DNA from: Proteobacteria bacterium CG1_02_64_396
GTDB lineage: Bacteria; Pseudomonadota; MNWR01; CG1-02-64-396
Direction of reading: 5' to 3'
Assembly: GCA_001872725.1 (NCBI GenBank)
Contig: MNWR01000017.1
Coordinates: 1,982 to 65,981 of the forward strand
Length of the DNA: 64,000 nt
Made by a program: the position numbers and the translations under genes
The notes under the pieces: model-generated
What the model was told of the DNA's origin: nothing
What the model saw: the letters and a program-made list of their open reading frames with translations, nothing else
The model's database searches: none
In this document: positions 1-11,425 of the stretch, one piece after another
How the letters are laid out: each line of letters begins with the position of its first letter
How positions within the stretch are numbered: the stretch's first letter is position 1

Positions 1-1
1 C

Positions 2-652
2 TTGCTCGACGACCTGACCCCCGAGGCGCAGCGGCTGGGGGCGGTCAACACCCTGATCCGCACCGAGAAGGGGTGGCGCGGCGACAACACCGATGGGCTG
101 GGTCTGCGTTGGAGCCTGCGCCACGAGGGGCCGGACCGTTTGCCGGAGCAAGCGCTGCTCTTCGGCGCCGGGGGGGCAAGCCGTGGGGTGCTGTCGGCGC
201 TGGCCCAGGAGGGGGTGCGCCGGGTCGAAATCATCAACCGCGATCCCAAGCGGGGCTCACACTTAGCCGCTTGGGCTAAGGCGGCACTGGGTCTCGACGT
301 AACCGTGGGGATGTGGGAGTCTGCACACCTGCGTCGTCGTCTGCCCGAAACCACCCTGATGCTCAACGCCACCGCCTTGGGGTTGCACGGCGAGGTGTTG
401 CCCGAGATCGATTGGACCCTGCTGCCCTCGCAGGCCTGGGTCGTCGACATCGTTTACCATCGCCAGGGGACCCCGCTGGTCCGTGATGCCAGGATGCGGG
501 GCTTGAGGGCCATCGACGGCCTGGGAATGCTGGTCGGCCAAGGGGCCGCCTCGTTCGAGCGCTGGACCGGCGTCACCCCCAACCCTACCCCCACCTTGGA
601 TTGGCTGCGTGCCGAACTTGCATCGACACCGAAGGAGGCAACACCGTCGTGA
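2..652 (+). CDS. aroE: Shikimate dehydrogenase (NADP+), C-terminal part; 5' end lies outside the window
   Basis: ORF 2..652. It has the AroE-type motifs LGAVNTL, GDNTDGLG and a GAGGASRG Rossmann loop, and runs off the left edge. Confidence 0.85.
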   Translation: MLDDLTPEAQRLGAVNTLIRTEKGWRGDNTDGLGLRWSLRHEGPDRLPEQALLFGAGGASRGVLSALAQEGVRRVEIINRDPKRGSHLAAWAKAALGLDVTVGMWESAHLRRRLPETTLMLNATALGLHGEVLPEIDWTLLPSQAWVVDIVYHRQGTPLVRDARMRGLRAIDGLGMLVGQGAASFERWTGVTPNPTPTLDWLRAELASTPKEATPS

Positions 653-2349
653 ACGAGCGTTTAGGACAAGTTTTCGTCCGCGGCAAGCTGATCTCCGACG
701 AGCAGCTGATCGAGGCGATTAAAGAGGCCAAACTGGGGGGCGAGGGGCTGATGGCGGCCATCGCCAAACTCGGCTATGCCACTGAAGATACGATGGTGCA
801 GTTTTTATCGAAGATCTCCCGTCGCCCCCTGGTCGAACTGAGCAGCTTTGACCCCCCTTCCGAAACCTTGGCTTTGATTAAGCCCGAGATCGTCCGCAAG
901 TACACCCTGATCCCCTTCGCCCGGCAGGGCTCGACCCTGGTGGTCGCCACCGCCGACCCCTACAACCTGGCGGCGCTCGACGACCTGAAATTCGCGACCG
1001 GCTTCAATATTCAGGTGGTGCTGGCCAAAGAGGGGGAGATCAACGCCACCATTTCACGGCTTTACGGCGATCAAAACGCCTTGCTCGACGACGTGGTGGC
1101 CGAATTGGGGGCCGAGGATGTCCAAGTGGTCGATACCACTCAGGAGTTCTCAGTCGACGAGCTGGCCCGGGCTACCGATCAGGCTCCGGTGGTCAAGATC
1201 ACCCAGTTCATTCTGCTCGACGCCATCAAGCGGGGCGCCTCAGATATTCACATCGAGCCCTACGAGAAGGTGCTGCGGGTGCGGTACCGGATCGACGGGG
1301 TGATGCACGAGATGATCCGCCCCCCGCTGCAACTCAAGGACGGCATCATCTCCCGCATCAAGATTTTGGCGAAACTCGACATTTCTGAGCGCCGCTTGCC
1401 CCAGGATGGTCGTATTAAACTCAAGATTTCGGCCAAAAAGACGGTCGACTTCCGCGTTTCCATTTTGCCGACCCTCTTCGGCGAGAAAGCGGTGCTGCGC
1501 CTGCTCGATCCGAGCAACCTGATGCTCGACATGGCCAAGCTCGGCTACGACCCCGAGCCGCTGGCCTACCTGCAAAAAGCGATTCACGAGCCCTACGGCA
1601 TGGTGCTGGTCACCGGCCCCACCGGCTCGGGTAAGACGGTGGCCCTCTACTCGGCCCTGTCGGAACTCAACTCCCCCGACGTGAACATCTCCACCGCCGA
1701 GGATCCGGTCGAGTTCAACTTCATGGGGATCAACCAGGTCAACGTCCACGCCGACATCGGTCTAACCTTCTCGGCCGCGCTGCGCTCCTTCCTGCGCCAG
1801 GATCCCGACATCATCCTCATCGGTGAGATCCGCGACCTCGAAACCGCCGAAATTGGCGTCAAAGCGGCATTGACCGGCCACATGGTCCTCTCCACCCTGC
1901 ACACCAACGACGCCCCCTCGACCATCACCCGTTTGCAAAACATGGGGATCGAATCCTTCTTGGTCGCCTCGGCGGTCAACCTGATCACCGCACAACGTTT
2001 GGGACGACGCATTTGCAGTGAATGCAAGGAGCTCGTCGAAATCCCAGCGGCGGCGCTGATCAACGCCGGGGTCAAGGAGGATGAGGTCGAGGCGTTCAAA
2101 GCCTGGCACGGTAAGGGATGCCCCAGGTGCAACGGCACCGGGTATAAAGGGCGGGTCGGCTTCTACCAGGTGATGCCGATGTTTCCGCAAATCCGCGAGG
2201 CGGTCCTTAGAGGCGCCAACGCCGACGAGATCGGCAAGATTTCTCAGAGCCTCGGAATTCCCACTTTGCGACAAGCGGCACTGCGCAAGGTCACCGAAGG
2301 GGTGACAACCCTGGAAGAGGCCTTGCGTGTGACCTTGGCCGACGATTGA
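649..2349 (+). CDS. pilB: Type IV pilus assembly ATPase PilB (GspE family)
   Basis: ORF 601..2349. It has an N-terminal MshEN-like region, Walker A GPTGSGKT and a tetracysteine motif CSEC...CPRCNGTG. The likely start is GTG 649, preceded by GAAGGAGG (631-638) and overlapping the aroE stop (GTGA). Confidence 0.9.
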   Translation: MNERLGQVFVRGKLISDEQLIEAIKEAKLGGEGLMAAIAKLGYATEDTMVQFLSKISRRPLVELSSFDPPSETLALIKPEIVRKYTLIPFARQGSTLVVATADPYNLAALDDLKFATGFNIQVVLAKEGEINATISRLYGDQNALLDDVVAELGAEDVQVVDTTQEFSVDELARATDQAPVVKITQFILLDAIKRGASDIHIEPYEKVLRVRYRIDGVMHEMIRPPLQLKDGIISRIKILAKLDISERRLPQDGRIKLKISAKKTVDFRVSILPTLFGEKAVLRLLDPSNLMLDMAKLGYDPEPLAYLQKAIHEPYGMVLVTGPTGSGKTVALYSALSELNSPDVNISTAEDPVEFNFMGINQVNVHADIGLTFSAALRSFLRQDPDIILIGEIRDLETAEIGVKAALTGHMVLSTLHTNDAPSTITRLQNMGIESFLVASAVNLITAQRLGRRICSECKELVEIPAAALINAGVKEDEVEAFKAWHGKGCPRCNGTGYKGRVGFYQVMPMFPQIREAVLRGANADEIGKISQSLGIPTLRQAALRKVTEGVTTLEEALRVTLADD

Positions 2350-2354
2350 CGCCT

Positions 2355-2561
2355 TATTAAGGAAACGCTGAAAAACCAAAAGTAGGCGCCCCGAGGCGGC
2401 GGTGGCTTTTGCTTCGCGTGCAAAATCAGAAGCGCTTCGGCGACGGGGTCGCCTCCTACGACAGATTCGGCGACGGGGTCGCCTCCCACGACAGCGCGCC
2501 ACTTTGGCAGCCCATCCCTGGGCTGCTTGCAAGCGCTTCATCAATCGGCGCTTACCTTAAG
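2355..2561. mobile_element. MITE-like repeat family 1, copy A (reverse orientation, internal 30-bp module duplicated at 2435-2494)
   Basis: Ends TTAAGGAAACGCTG... and ...CAATCGGCGCTTACCTTAAG match the termini of copies B-G. The internal GGCGAC-GGG-GTCGCC hairpin module is present twice. The copy lies in the pilB-pilC spacer. Confidence 0.75.
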
Positions 2562-2614
2562 CAACCAAAGGGGTGGCCCGTCGCCTAGCGCGACCACCCA
2601 AAGGGGAGTTGAAC

Positions 2615-3820
2615 ATGGCAATGTACGAATGGCAGGGCAAAGACCGCAGCGGATCGGTGGTGAAGGGGGAGCTTGAGTCGGTCTCCGAGACCGCCATCCG
2701 TGCGACCTTGCGTCGTCAGGGCATCAACCCAACCAAGGTGAAGAAGAAGCCCAAGGAGATCGTGCTGTTCGGCGGCGGCGATAAGGTCTCTGCAGAAGAG
2801 TTGGTGATTTTCACCCGCCAGCTGGCCACCATGATCAACGCGGGCCTGCCTTTGATTCAGGGGCTCGAACTGGTGGCGGGGGGAACCCCGGGCAAAGGGA
2901 TGCAAAACGTTTTGCTCAGCCTTAAGCGCGACATCGAAGAGGGGATGACCTTCTCCGAGGCGCTGCGCAAAAAACCTGACGTCTTCGATAACCTCTTCGT
3001 CAACCTGGTCGCCGCCGGTGAGAAGGGGGGTATTCTCGACAACATCCTCAATCGGCTGGCGGTCTACAAAGAAAAGGCGGCCAAGCTTAAAAAGAAGATC
3101 AAATCGGCGATGTTCTACCCCATCGCGGTGATCGTGGTCGCCTTCATCGTTACCGCCGTGCTGCTGATTTTCGTGATCCCCAAGTTCGGGGAGATGTTCA
3201 AGGACTTCGGCGCCGCGCTGCCCGCCCCCACCCAGTTCGTCATGAACCTCTCCGATATGATGGTGGAATACTGGTACGTCGTCTTCGGTGCCCCCGTCCT
3301 GCTTGTTTTTGCCGTCAAAGCCATCGTCAAAACCCCCAAGGGGCGCTACAAGGCGGACAAACTGATGCTCAATGCCCCGGTATTGGGCGACATCATCCGC
3401 AAGGCAGCGATTGCCCGTTTCTCATCCACCATGTCGACCATGCTGGCGGCCGGCGTCCCCATGCTCGAAACCCTTGAGACGGTCGCCGTCACCTCCGGCA
3501 ACCTGATCCTCGAAGAGGCGATTTTCAAGGCACGGGCCGCCATCAGCGAAGGGAAAACCCTGACCGACCCCCTGCGCGACACTGGGGTCTTCCCCCCGAT
3601 GGTCATTCAGATGATTCAGATCGGCGAGCAGACCGGCGCCATCGATTCGATGCTGGGCAAGGTGGCCGACTTCTACGAAGAGGAGGTCGACACCGCGGTC
3701 GACGGTCTGACCTCGCTGCTCGAACCGCTGATTATGGCCTTCCTCGGCGTGGTCATCGGCGGCTTGGTCGTCGCCATGTACCTCCCCGTCTTCCAGATGG
3801 GCGCGATCGTCGGCGATTGA
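2615..3820 (+). CDS. pilC: Type IV pilus platform protein PilC (GspF family)
   Basis: ORF 2573..3820, about 400 aa, with two GspF-type repeats and three TM segments. ATG 2615 gives the usual N-terminus MAMYEWQGKD. Confidence 0.9.
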   Translation: MAMYEWQGKDRSGSVVKGELESVSETAIRATLRRQGINPTKVKKKPKEIVLFGGGDKVSAEELVIFTRQLATMINAGLPLIQGLELVAGGTPGKGMQNVLLSLKRDIEEGMTFSEALRKKPDVFDNLFVNLVAAGEKGGILDNILNRLAVYKEKAAKLKKKIKSAMFYPIAVIVVAFIVTAVLLIFVIPKFGEMFKDFGAALPAPTQFVMNLSDMMVEYWYVVFGAPVLLVFAVKAIVKTPKGRYKADKLMLNAPVLGDIIRKAAIARFSSTMSTMLAAGVPMLETLETVAVTSGNLILEEAIFKARAAISEGKTLTDPLRDTGVFPPMVIQMIQIGEQTGAIDSMLGKVADFYEEEVDTAVDGLTSLLEPLIMAFLGVVIGGLVVAMYLPVFQMGAIVGD

Positions 3821-3833
3821 TCGTCACCCAGCC

Positions 3834-5450
3834 TTGAGCCCCGGAGTGCGTCCCCACCCCAACGAGTCCGGCGGCGATCTCATCGCCGCCGGACTCGTTC
3901 CGCGTCTGAAACGGCTGGTCCTCTACCGACTGATTTTGGGCATCGCCCTGCTGGCGATCTCAAGGAATGCCCCCCAAGAGATCCCTGCGCTGGGGTGGCT
4001 GAGCACCTACAGCGCCCTGGCGGTGGCGCTGTTCCTCTTCACCATCATGCACGCCTTCTGGCTCAACCAGGGGCGCTCCCCCCAGCTGAACGCCATCGTG
4101 CAGGTCGCGGGCGACCTGGTCTTTATCGCCCTGTTGCAAATCGTCAGCGGCCAAGTTGATTCTTATTACCGCTTTCTTTTCGGCCTGGAGGTCGCGGTTG
4201 CCGCCTTCCTTGGCGGACGTAGGCTGGCGTTATGGGCCGCCCTGGGGGCGGGGGTCGCCCTGGTCGGGATCATCTGGGCCGACCTCGCCGGGGCCGACTG
4301 GATCAGCGTTTCGTTCGTGCGTGGCCTGCTGATTCAATTGCTGGGGCTGGTCTTGATCGCCCTGCTGGCCGGCACTTTGTCGGAGCGAGCCAACAAAGCC
4401 GAATGGGAGGCGCGCCAGGCGCTACGCGAACAAGACCGCCTGGTGAGCATTCAGGCGGCCATTCTCGACCACTCCCCCCAGGCGACCCTGGCCATCGACG
4501 CGCAAGGCGTCATCCGCTTTGCCAATCCCGCCGCCTTGGCCCTTTTTCCCTCCCCCATCGGTCAATCCCTCTTCAACCTCGACCCCCAGTTGGCCGCCAT
4601 GTGCGACCACCATTCCAGCGGACGCAATTGGTTGGAGGAGGAGCGGGGCCGTTTTGTGGGCGACAACCTCTTCGAGGAGCGGATCGTCATTGCCCCGGTG
4701 TTGCAGGGTTGGCGATTGATCCTGATTTTCGATCTGACCTTGCAGCGGCAGCAGACCGCCCTGCTCAAACGCAGCGAACAACTGGCTTGGCTGGGGCAGA
4801 TGTCGGCGGCATTGGCCCACGAAATCCGCAATCCCCTGGCCACCATCGACCAAGGGGCGCACCTCATTCAACACACCGATACCGAGGAGGAACGGCTGGA
4901 GCTGTCGCAAATCATCCACGCCGAGGTCGCCCGCCTCAGCCGCCTGGTCGATCAATACCTCTTCCTCTCGCGCCCCCATCGCGGCCACCCCTTTGAACCG
5001 GCAGGACCACTGTTGACCCGAACGCTGGAGTCGATTCGCCAAGCCTTCGGCGCCCGCATGACCCTGCATGCCGAGATCGACCCAGAACTGTCGCTACCGC
5101 TCAACGAAGACAGCGCCGCCCAGATCTTGTGGAACATGGCCCGCAATGCCCGCGAGCTCACCCCCGAACTGCACAATCTGTGGATCCGGGCCGAAATGGG
5201 GGCGGAGGGGCCAACCTTGATCGTCGAAGACGACGGCCCCGGGATTCCCCCCAAGGTGCGTTCCAAGGTCTTCGAGCCCTTCGTCTCGGGCCGCACCAGC
5301 GGTACCGGCCTGGGATTATCGGTGGTTGCCAGCATCGTCGAAGCGGGGCATGGCAGGATTGAGGCCACCGACCGTCCCGGTGGCGGCGCCCGTTTTATCA
5401 TGACCTGGCCCCCTCCCCCCCCATCAGCGACAACGCCGGTTGTCTCCTGA
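3834..5450 (+). CDS. pilS: PilS-like membrane sensor histidine kinase
   Basis: It has a multi-TM N-terminus, H-box LAHEIRNPLATI, and N/G boxes (DDGPGIP, GTGLGLS). It sits directly upstream of pilR. Confidence 0.8.
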   Translation: MSPGVRPHPNESGGDLIAAGLVPRLKRLVLYRLILGIALLAISRNAPQEIPALGWLSTYSALAVALFLFTIMHAFWLNQGRSPQLNAIVQVAGDLVFIALLQIVSGQVDSYYRFLFGLEVAVAAFLGGRRLALWAALGAGVALVGIIWADLAGADWISVSFVRGLLIQLLGLVLIALLAGTLSERANKAEWEARQALREQDRLVSIQAAILDHSPQATLAIDAQGVIRFANPAALALFPSPIGQSLFNLDPQLAAMCDHHSSGRNWLEEERGRFVGDNLFEERIVIAPVLQGWRLILIFDLTLQRQQTALLKRSEQLAWLGQMSAALAHEIRNPLATIDQGAHLIQHTDTEEERLELSQIIHAEVARLSRLVDQYLFLSRPHRGHPFEPAGPLLTRTLESIRQAFGARMTLHAEIDPELSLPLNEDSAAQILWNMARNARELTPELHNLWIRAEMGAEGPTLIVEDDGPGIPPKVRSKVFEPFVSGRTSGTGLGLSVVASIVEAGHGRIEATDRPGGGARFIMTWPPPPPSATTPVVS

Positions 5451-5474
5451 GCCGACCCTAACCACAATCGAGCC

Positions 5475-6806
5475 ATGGCCGATCTCATTCTCGTCGACGA
5501 CGAACCCAACCTGCGCAAACTCCTCACCCGTTCCCTGCAACGGGCGGGGCACGAGGTGCGCGAAGCCGGGACGCTGGCCCAGGCCCGCGAACTGTGGCAC
5601 CACCACCCCGCCGGAGCGGTCATCACCGACCTGCGCCTGCCCGACGGCGAGGGGTTGGAGCTGCTCAACATCGTCCCCGCCGACCAAATGATCCTGATGA
5701 CCGCCTACGCCTCGCCCGAGATTCTCAACCGAGCTTATGAGGTCGGGTGCCGCGCCTGCCTGATCAAACCGCTCGATCCCGGTTCACTCCTCTCGGCCTT
5801 GGATCAGATCGAAAGCAGCGGCGGTGATATCCCCCAAGAAACGGTCGACGATTCAGACCGCTTCGGCCCCTTGATCGGGCGCAGCCCCGCCATGCGGGGG
5901 CTGTTCAACGCCATGGTTCCGGCGGCTCGGGGACAAACGGCGCTGTTGATTACCGGCCCCACCGGCTCGGGCAAAGAGCTGGTCGCCCAAACCCTGCATG
6001 CCATCTCACCACGCAACAAAGGGCCGTTTATCCCCATCAACTGCGGCGCCATTCCCTCGGAGCTGGTCGAATCGGAGCTCTTCGGCCACATGCGCGGTGC
6101 CTTCTCGGGGGCCGACCGGGACCGCCCCGGTTTGGTCGCCGCCGCCGAGGGGGGGACCCTCTTCCTCGACGAAATCGGCGATCTGCCCCTACCGGCCCAG
6201 GTCAAAATGCTGCGGCTGTTGCAAGAGCGGACCATCCGCCCGGTCGGCGGCACCAAGGATCGCTTGGTCGACGTGCGCATCATCGCCGCCACCCACCGCA
6301 ACCTGGGCGAACTGGTGCGGCAGGGACGCTTCCGCGAAGACCTCTTCTTCCGGCTCAACGTCATCGAACTGCATCTACCCCCGTTGAGCGAGCGGCGCGA
6401 CGACATCCCGCTGCTGGTCCATCACATCCTGCAAAAAATCAGGGACCGGGGTGGCCCCGACCGTATCGCCTCCCCCGAACTGATGGCTCAGCTGCAAAAT
6501 CGCCCCTGGCCCGGCAACGTGCGCGAGCTCGAAAACACCCTGGAGCGGCTGGCCGCCATGACCCCCGGTCGCCTGATCCCCCCGATGGGGGAAGGGCTCG
6601 ATCCGGTGCAGGCCGGGGAGTTGGGGCTCCCCCCCCTGAAAGAGGAGGGGATGGATCTCGAAAAGCTGCTCGACCGCATCGAATACCACTACCTCTCCGA
6701 GGCGCTGAAAATCACCGGCGGCCACAAGCAAAACGCCGCCGCTCTGCTGGGGCTGACCTTCCGCTCCTTCCGCTATCGCCTGAAAAAATTCGAGGATCAA
6801 GACTGA
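5475..6806 (+). CDS. pilR: Sigma-54-dependent response regulator PilR (REC-AAA+-Fis HTH)
   Basis: It has a REC domain, Walker A GPTGSGKE, the GAFSGA sigma-54 contact motif and a C-terminal HTH (QNAAALLGLTFRSFRYRLKK). Confidence 0.9.
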   Translation: MADLILVDDEPNLRKLLTRSLQRAGHEVREAGTLAQARELWHHHPAGAVITDLRLPDGEGLELLNIVPADQMILMTAYASPEILNRAYEVGCRACLIKPLDPGSLLSALDQIESSGGDIPQETVDDSDRFGPLIGRSPAMRGLFNAMVPAARGQTALLITGPTGSGKELVAQTLHAISPRNKGPFIPINCGAIPSELVESELFGHMRGAFSGADRDRPGLVAAAEGGTLFLDEIGDLPLPAQVKMLRLLQERTIRPVGGTKDRLVDVRIIAATHRNLGELVRQGRFREDLFFRLNVIELHLPPLSERRDDIPLLVHHILQKIRDRGGPDRIASPELMAQLQNRPWPGNVRELENTLERLAAMTPGRLIPPMGEGLDPVQAGELGLPPLKEEGMDLEKLLDRIEYHYLSEALKITGGHKQNAAALLGLTFRSFRYRLKKFEDQD

Positions 6807-6807
6807 A

Positions 6808-7581
6808 GTGGCCCAACTCGATTTGATCTTCGTCTTCCCGGTGTTTGGTCTGCTGATCGGCAGCTTCCTCAACGTGGTGATCTACCGTCTGCCCGAGGGG
6901 ATCTCCATCGTCACCCCCCCCTCGCGCTGTCCCAGCTGCGCCAATCGAATCGCCTGGTACGACAACATTCCGATCCTGAGCTGGTTGATTTTGCGGGGCA
7001 AATGCCGCAACTGCGGCCACCCCATCGCCTGGCGCTATCCACTGGTCGAGGGGCTTAACGGGCTGCTTTGGGCCGCTGCGGCGCTGCGTTTCGGCGATCC
7101 CTGGGTGGCGTTGATGATGGCGATGCTGTTCAGCTCCTTGGTGGTTCTGACCTTCATCGACCTGGATCACATGATCCTGCCCAATGTCATCACCTATCCC
7201 GGCATCGTGGTTGCGGCGATTGCGCCTTGGCTGACCGACTGGATCGAATGGCAACAATGTCTGCTCGGCATCCTCATCGGAGGCGGCGTCCCCGCCTTCA
7301 TCCGCTGGCTCTACGGGGTAATCCGCAAACAGGAGGGGATGGGGCTGGGCGACATCAAATTGCTGGGGATGCTGGGGGGATTTCTCGGGCCGATGGGGGC
7401 GATCTGGGCTTTGATGGCCGGCTCCATCGCCGGATCGGTGATCGCCATCGGCATCATGGCCGCTACCAAGGGCGAAAAGGGGCGGATGATCCCCTTCGGA
7501 CCCTTCCTCGCCCTGGGGGCCTTGATTGTGCTGCTGGTCGACGGTCCTTGGTCACCCTGGATGCCGGGCTTCGGATCATGA
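6808..7581 (+). CDS. pilD: Prepilin peptidase / N-methyltransferase PilD (A24 family)
   Basis: GTG start at 6808. It has the Cys motif CPSC...CRNCGH and the catalytic Asp context GMGLGDIKLLG. It is polytopic. Confidence 0.9.
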   Translation: MAQLDLIFVFPVFGLLIGSFLNVVIYRLPEGISIVTPPSRCPSCANRIAWYDNIPILSWLILRGKCRNCGHPIAWRYPLVEGLNGLLWAAAALRFGDPWVALMMAMLFSSLVVLTFIDLDHMILPNVITYPGIVVAAIAPWLTDWIEWQQCLLGILIGGGVPAFIRWLYGVIRKQEGMGLGDIKLLGMLGGFLGPMGAIWALMAGSIAGSVIAIGIMAATKGEKGRMIPFGPFLALGALIVLLVDGPWSPWMPGFGS

Positions 7582-8276
7582 ATTCCGCTCTGCGCTCATG
7601 GGCCCTGCTGCTCGCCTTGCTTGGATTGGGGCTGAACACCCCCTTCGCTCCGGCCCGCGCCGACAGCGTCGAAAACATGCACCTGCTGCACCGGGCGATG
7701 ATGCACCAGCGCACCCATCCCACCGTCGCCACCGACCTGCCCGAACCGTTTAAGGTGTTGCTCGGCCAGGGGGATTGGGGGGGCTGGATGGGGCTGCTCG
7801 ACAGCTGGGGGATGGATTTCAATGCCGCCTTTCGCGACTTCGACCCCAGCGACGGCGAGGTGCTCATCATCGGCGGAACGCTGTGGGATGAGCACCGGCC
7901 GGTGCTGGTGCTGCGCGCCTCCGACTACCGGCTGCTGGCGCTGCGTTACCCGCTGGAGAGTGCCCCTGAACCAACGCCCACCCCTTCCGACGATTCAGTC
8001 CCCTTCCCTCTTGCCCTTGAGGACAACCCGCCCCAGAACGACCCTGGAACGAACGCGGAAACCGACATCCCCCCGGCAAACCAAGAGGAGTCGCCGACTT
8101 GGCATTGGGCCACGGTCGAGATCCATTACAACGCCGAGGGGCGGGCCGACGGCTTGACCCCTGGCTGGTGGCCCCCCAAGCCGGTGATCGAGGAACCGCC
8201 CCCCGCAATCCCCGACCCCCTCCCTGGCGACGCCGACCCGACTCCACCCCCCACCCCGAACGAGAAAGCCCCCTGA
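7578..8276 (+). CDS. Secreted proline-rich hypothetical protein
   Basis: In-frame ATG 7578 inside ORF 7068..8276. It has a signal-peptide-like N-terminus MNSALRSWALLLALLGLGLNTPFAPARA. Its start overlaps the pilD stop (ATGA) and its stop overlaps the coaE start (TGATG). Confidence 0.6.
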   Translation: MNSALRSWALLLALLGLGLNTPFAPARADSVENMHLLHRAMMHQRTHPTVATDLPEPFKVLLGQGDWGGWMGLLDSWGMDFNAAFRDFDPSDGEVLIIGGTLWDEHRPVLVLRASDYRLLALRYPLESAPEPTPTPSDDSVPFPLALEDNPPQNDPGTNAETDIPPANQEESPTWHWATVEIHYNAEGRADGLTPGWWPPKPVIEEPPPAIPDPLPGDADPTPPPTPNEKAP

Positions 8277-8878
8277 TGGCGGTCACCGTCGTCGGCCTGA
8301 CCGGAGGGCTCGCCTCGGGCAAAAGCACGGTGGAGCGGATGCTGGCCGAGGCGGGATGGGTGGTCTGCGACGCCGATCGGGCGGCCCGCGCCGTGGTTGC
8401 GCCAGGCAGCGCAGGCTTGGCGGCGCTGGTCGCCGCCTTCGGGGCGGACATCCTGCACCCCGATGGCGGATTGGATCGGGCCAAGTTACGAGAAATGCTG
8501 ATCCAATCCCCCCAGGTTCAAGCCCAGGTCGAGGCAATCCTTCACCCCTTGATTTTCGCTTTTGAAGAGGCGCTCATCGCCGCCGCCGCAAAAGCCAACC
8601 CCGACACCCTCGTGGTCCGCAGCGCCCCCTTGATGATCGAGGCGGGCAGCCACACCCGTTGCCATACCTTGGTGGTGGTCGATGTGGATGAAGAGCGCGC
8701 CGTGCGTCGGGCGGTGGCGCGAGGGATGGATGAAACCCAGGCGCGGGGACTGCTGGCGCGGCAGATGGGGCTGGCCGAAAAACGGCTGCATGCCGACTTG
8801 GTCATCGACAATCGGGGGGGGCTTGAGGCTTTGCGACGGCAGGTTGAGGGGTTGATCGCCCGGTTTGCGCCGGATTGA
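8276..8878 (+). CDS. coaE: Dephospho-CoA kinase
   Basis: In-frame ATG 8276 of ORF 8099..8878. It has the P-loop GLTGGLASGKST and occupies the classical pilBCD-coaE position. Confidence 0.9.
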   Translation: MAVTVVGLTGGLASGKSTVERMLAEAGWVVCDADRAARAVVAPGSAGLAALVAAFGADILHPDGGLDRAKLREMLIQSPQVQAQVEAILHPLIFAFEEALIAAAAKANPDTLVVRSAPLMIEAGSHTRCHTLVVVDVDEERAVRRAVARGMDETQARGLLARQMGLAEKRLHADLVIDNRGGLEALRRQVEGLIARFAPD

Positions 8879-8910
8879 GTCCCCCATTGAAGACCCACAC
8901 GCCCCACATA

Positions 8911-8941
8911 AAAAAAGGCCGGGATCGCTCCCGGCCTTTTT
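8911..8941. terminator. Bidirectional rho-independent terminator between coaE and typA
   Basis: The sequence reads AAAAAA-GGCCGGGA-TCGC-TCCCGGCC-TTTTT. The stem is 8917-8936 and is flanked by an A-run and a T-run. Confidence 0.8.
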
Positions 8942-8966
8942 CATTGCGGCGCTAAACCCGGCGACC

Positions 8967-10784
<1,818 letters not shown>

Positions 10785-11199
10785 GACGGCCTAAATCCTA
10801 AGAAAATCGGGGGGTCGGACGTGGGGTCCGGCAAAATGGGGCGGGATCATAGTCGAAGAGGCGGGCAAATGCTTGTGAAGATTGGGAAAGGTGGAATCTG
10901 GTTTGTGTACGACGGCATTCACCTGACACCGTACCCTGGCCGCAGTTTTCTTCCCCCCTCCCCTTATGACTCTAACCCGACCTTCTCATAAATTTCATCC
11001 CGCCCTCGCTTGTTCTCGGGCCGCACCGGAGTTTTTGATCGCTTGAACGTAAGCACGGCTACGCCACTCGCTCACTAACCAGAAACGGAACATGGTCGCG
11101 TCTTGACATGCCACTTTTCCGGTCCGCCCCAGTTGAATTCCCACCCTCGCAGCCCTAAGGTCGCGACATTCCATCCCCTTCATGCCGGAGGTGCAAACC

Positions 11200-11421
11200 A
11201 TGCAAATCGCCACGGGTAAGGTTGTCGGAGGTAAGGTGGTGGTCGAGGGGCTGTCGTTAAGCGAGGGCGAGGTGGTCACGATCATCTCCCACGAAGACGA
11301 GTCGGCCATCACCCTCTCCCCTGCCGAGGAGGCGGAATTGCTTGAAGCCATCGCCGAAGCGGAGCGGGGCGATACCATCTCCGCCGAGGAACTGCTCGCC
11401 CGCCTGAGACGCGCCGGTTAA
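11200..11421 (+). CDS. Type II antitoxin (small, AbrB/SpoVT-like N-terminus, acidic C-terminus)
   Basis: ATG 11200 is preceded by GGAGGTG. The product is 73 aa and the gene ends 4 nt before the ParE-like toxin gene. Confidence 0.65.
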   Translation: MQIATGKVVGGKVVVEGLSLSEGEVVTIISHEDESAITLSPAEEAELLEAIAEAERGDTISAEELLARLRRAG

Positions 11422-11425
11422 AGCC

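Noticed and set aside
7068-7577. N-terminal 170 codons of ORF 7068..8276 (and similar upstream extensions of ORFs 8099.., 13234.., 53634..54974, 55590.., 59540..61225, 45487..48765, 48602..50284)
   Set aside because: The extensions overlap the preceding well-supported gene in another frame or have Arg/Gly/Pro-rich composition. Internal starts give canonical N-termini, SD sequences or coupling overlaps.
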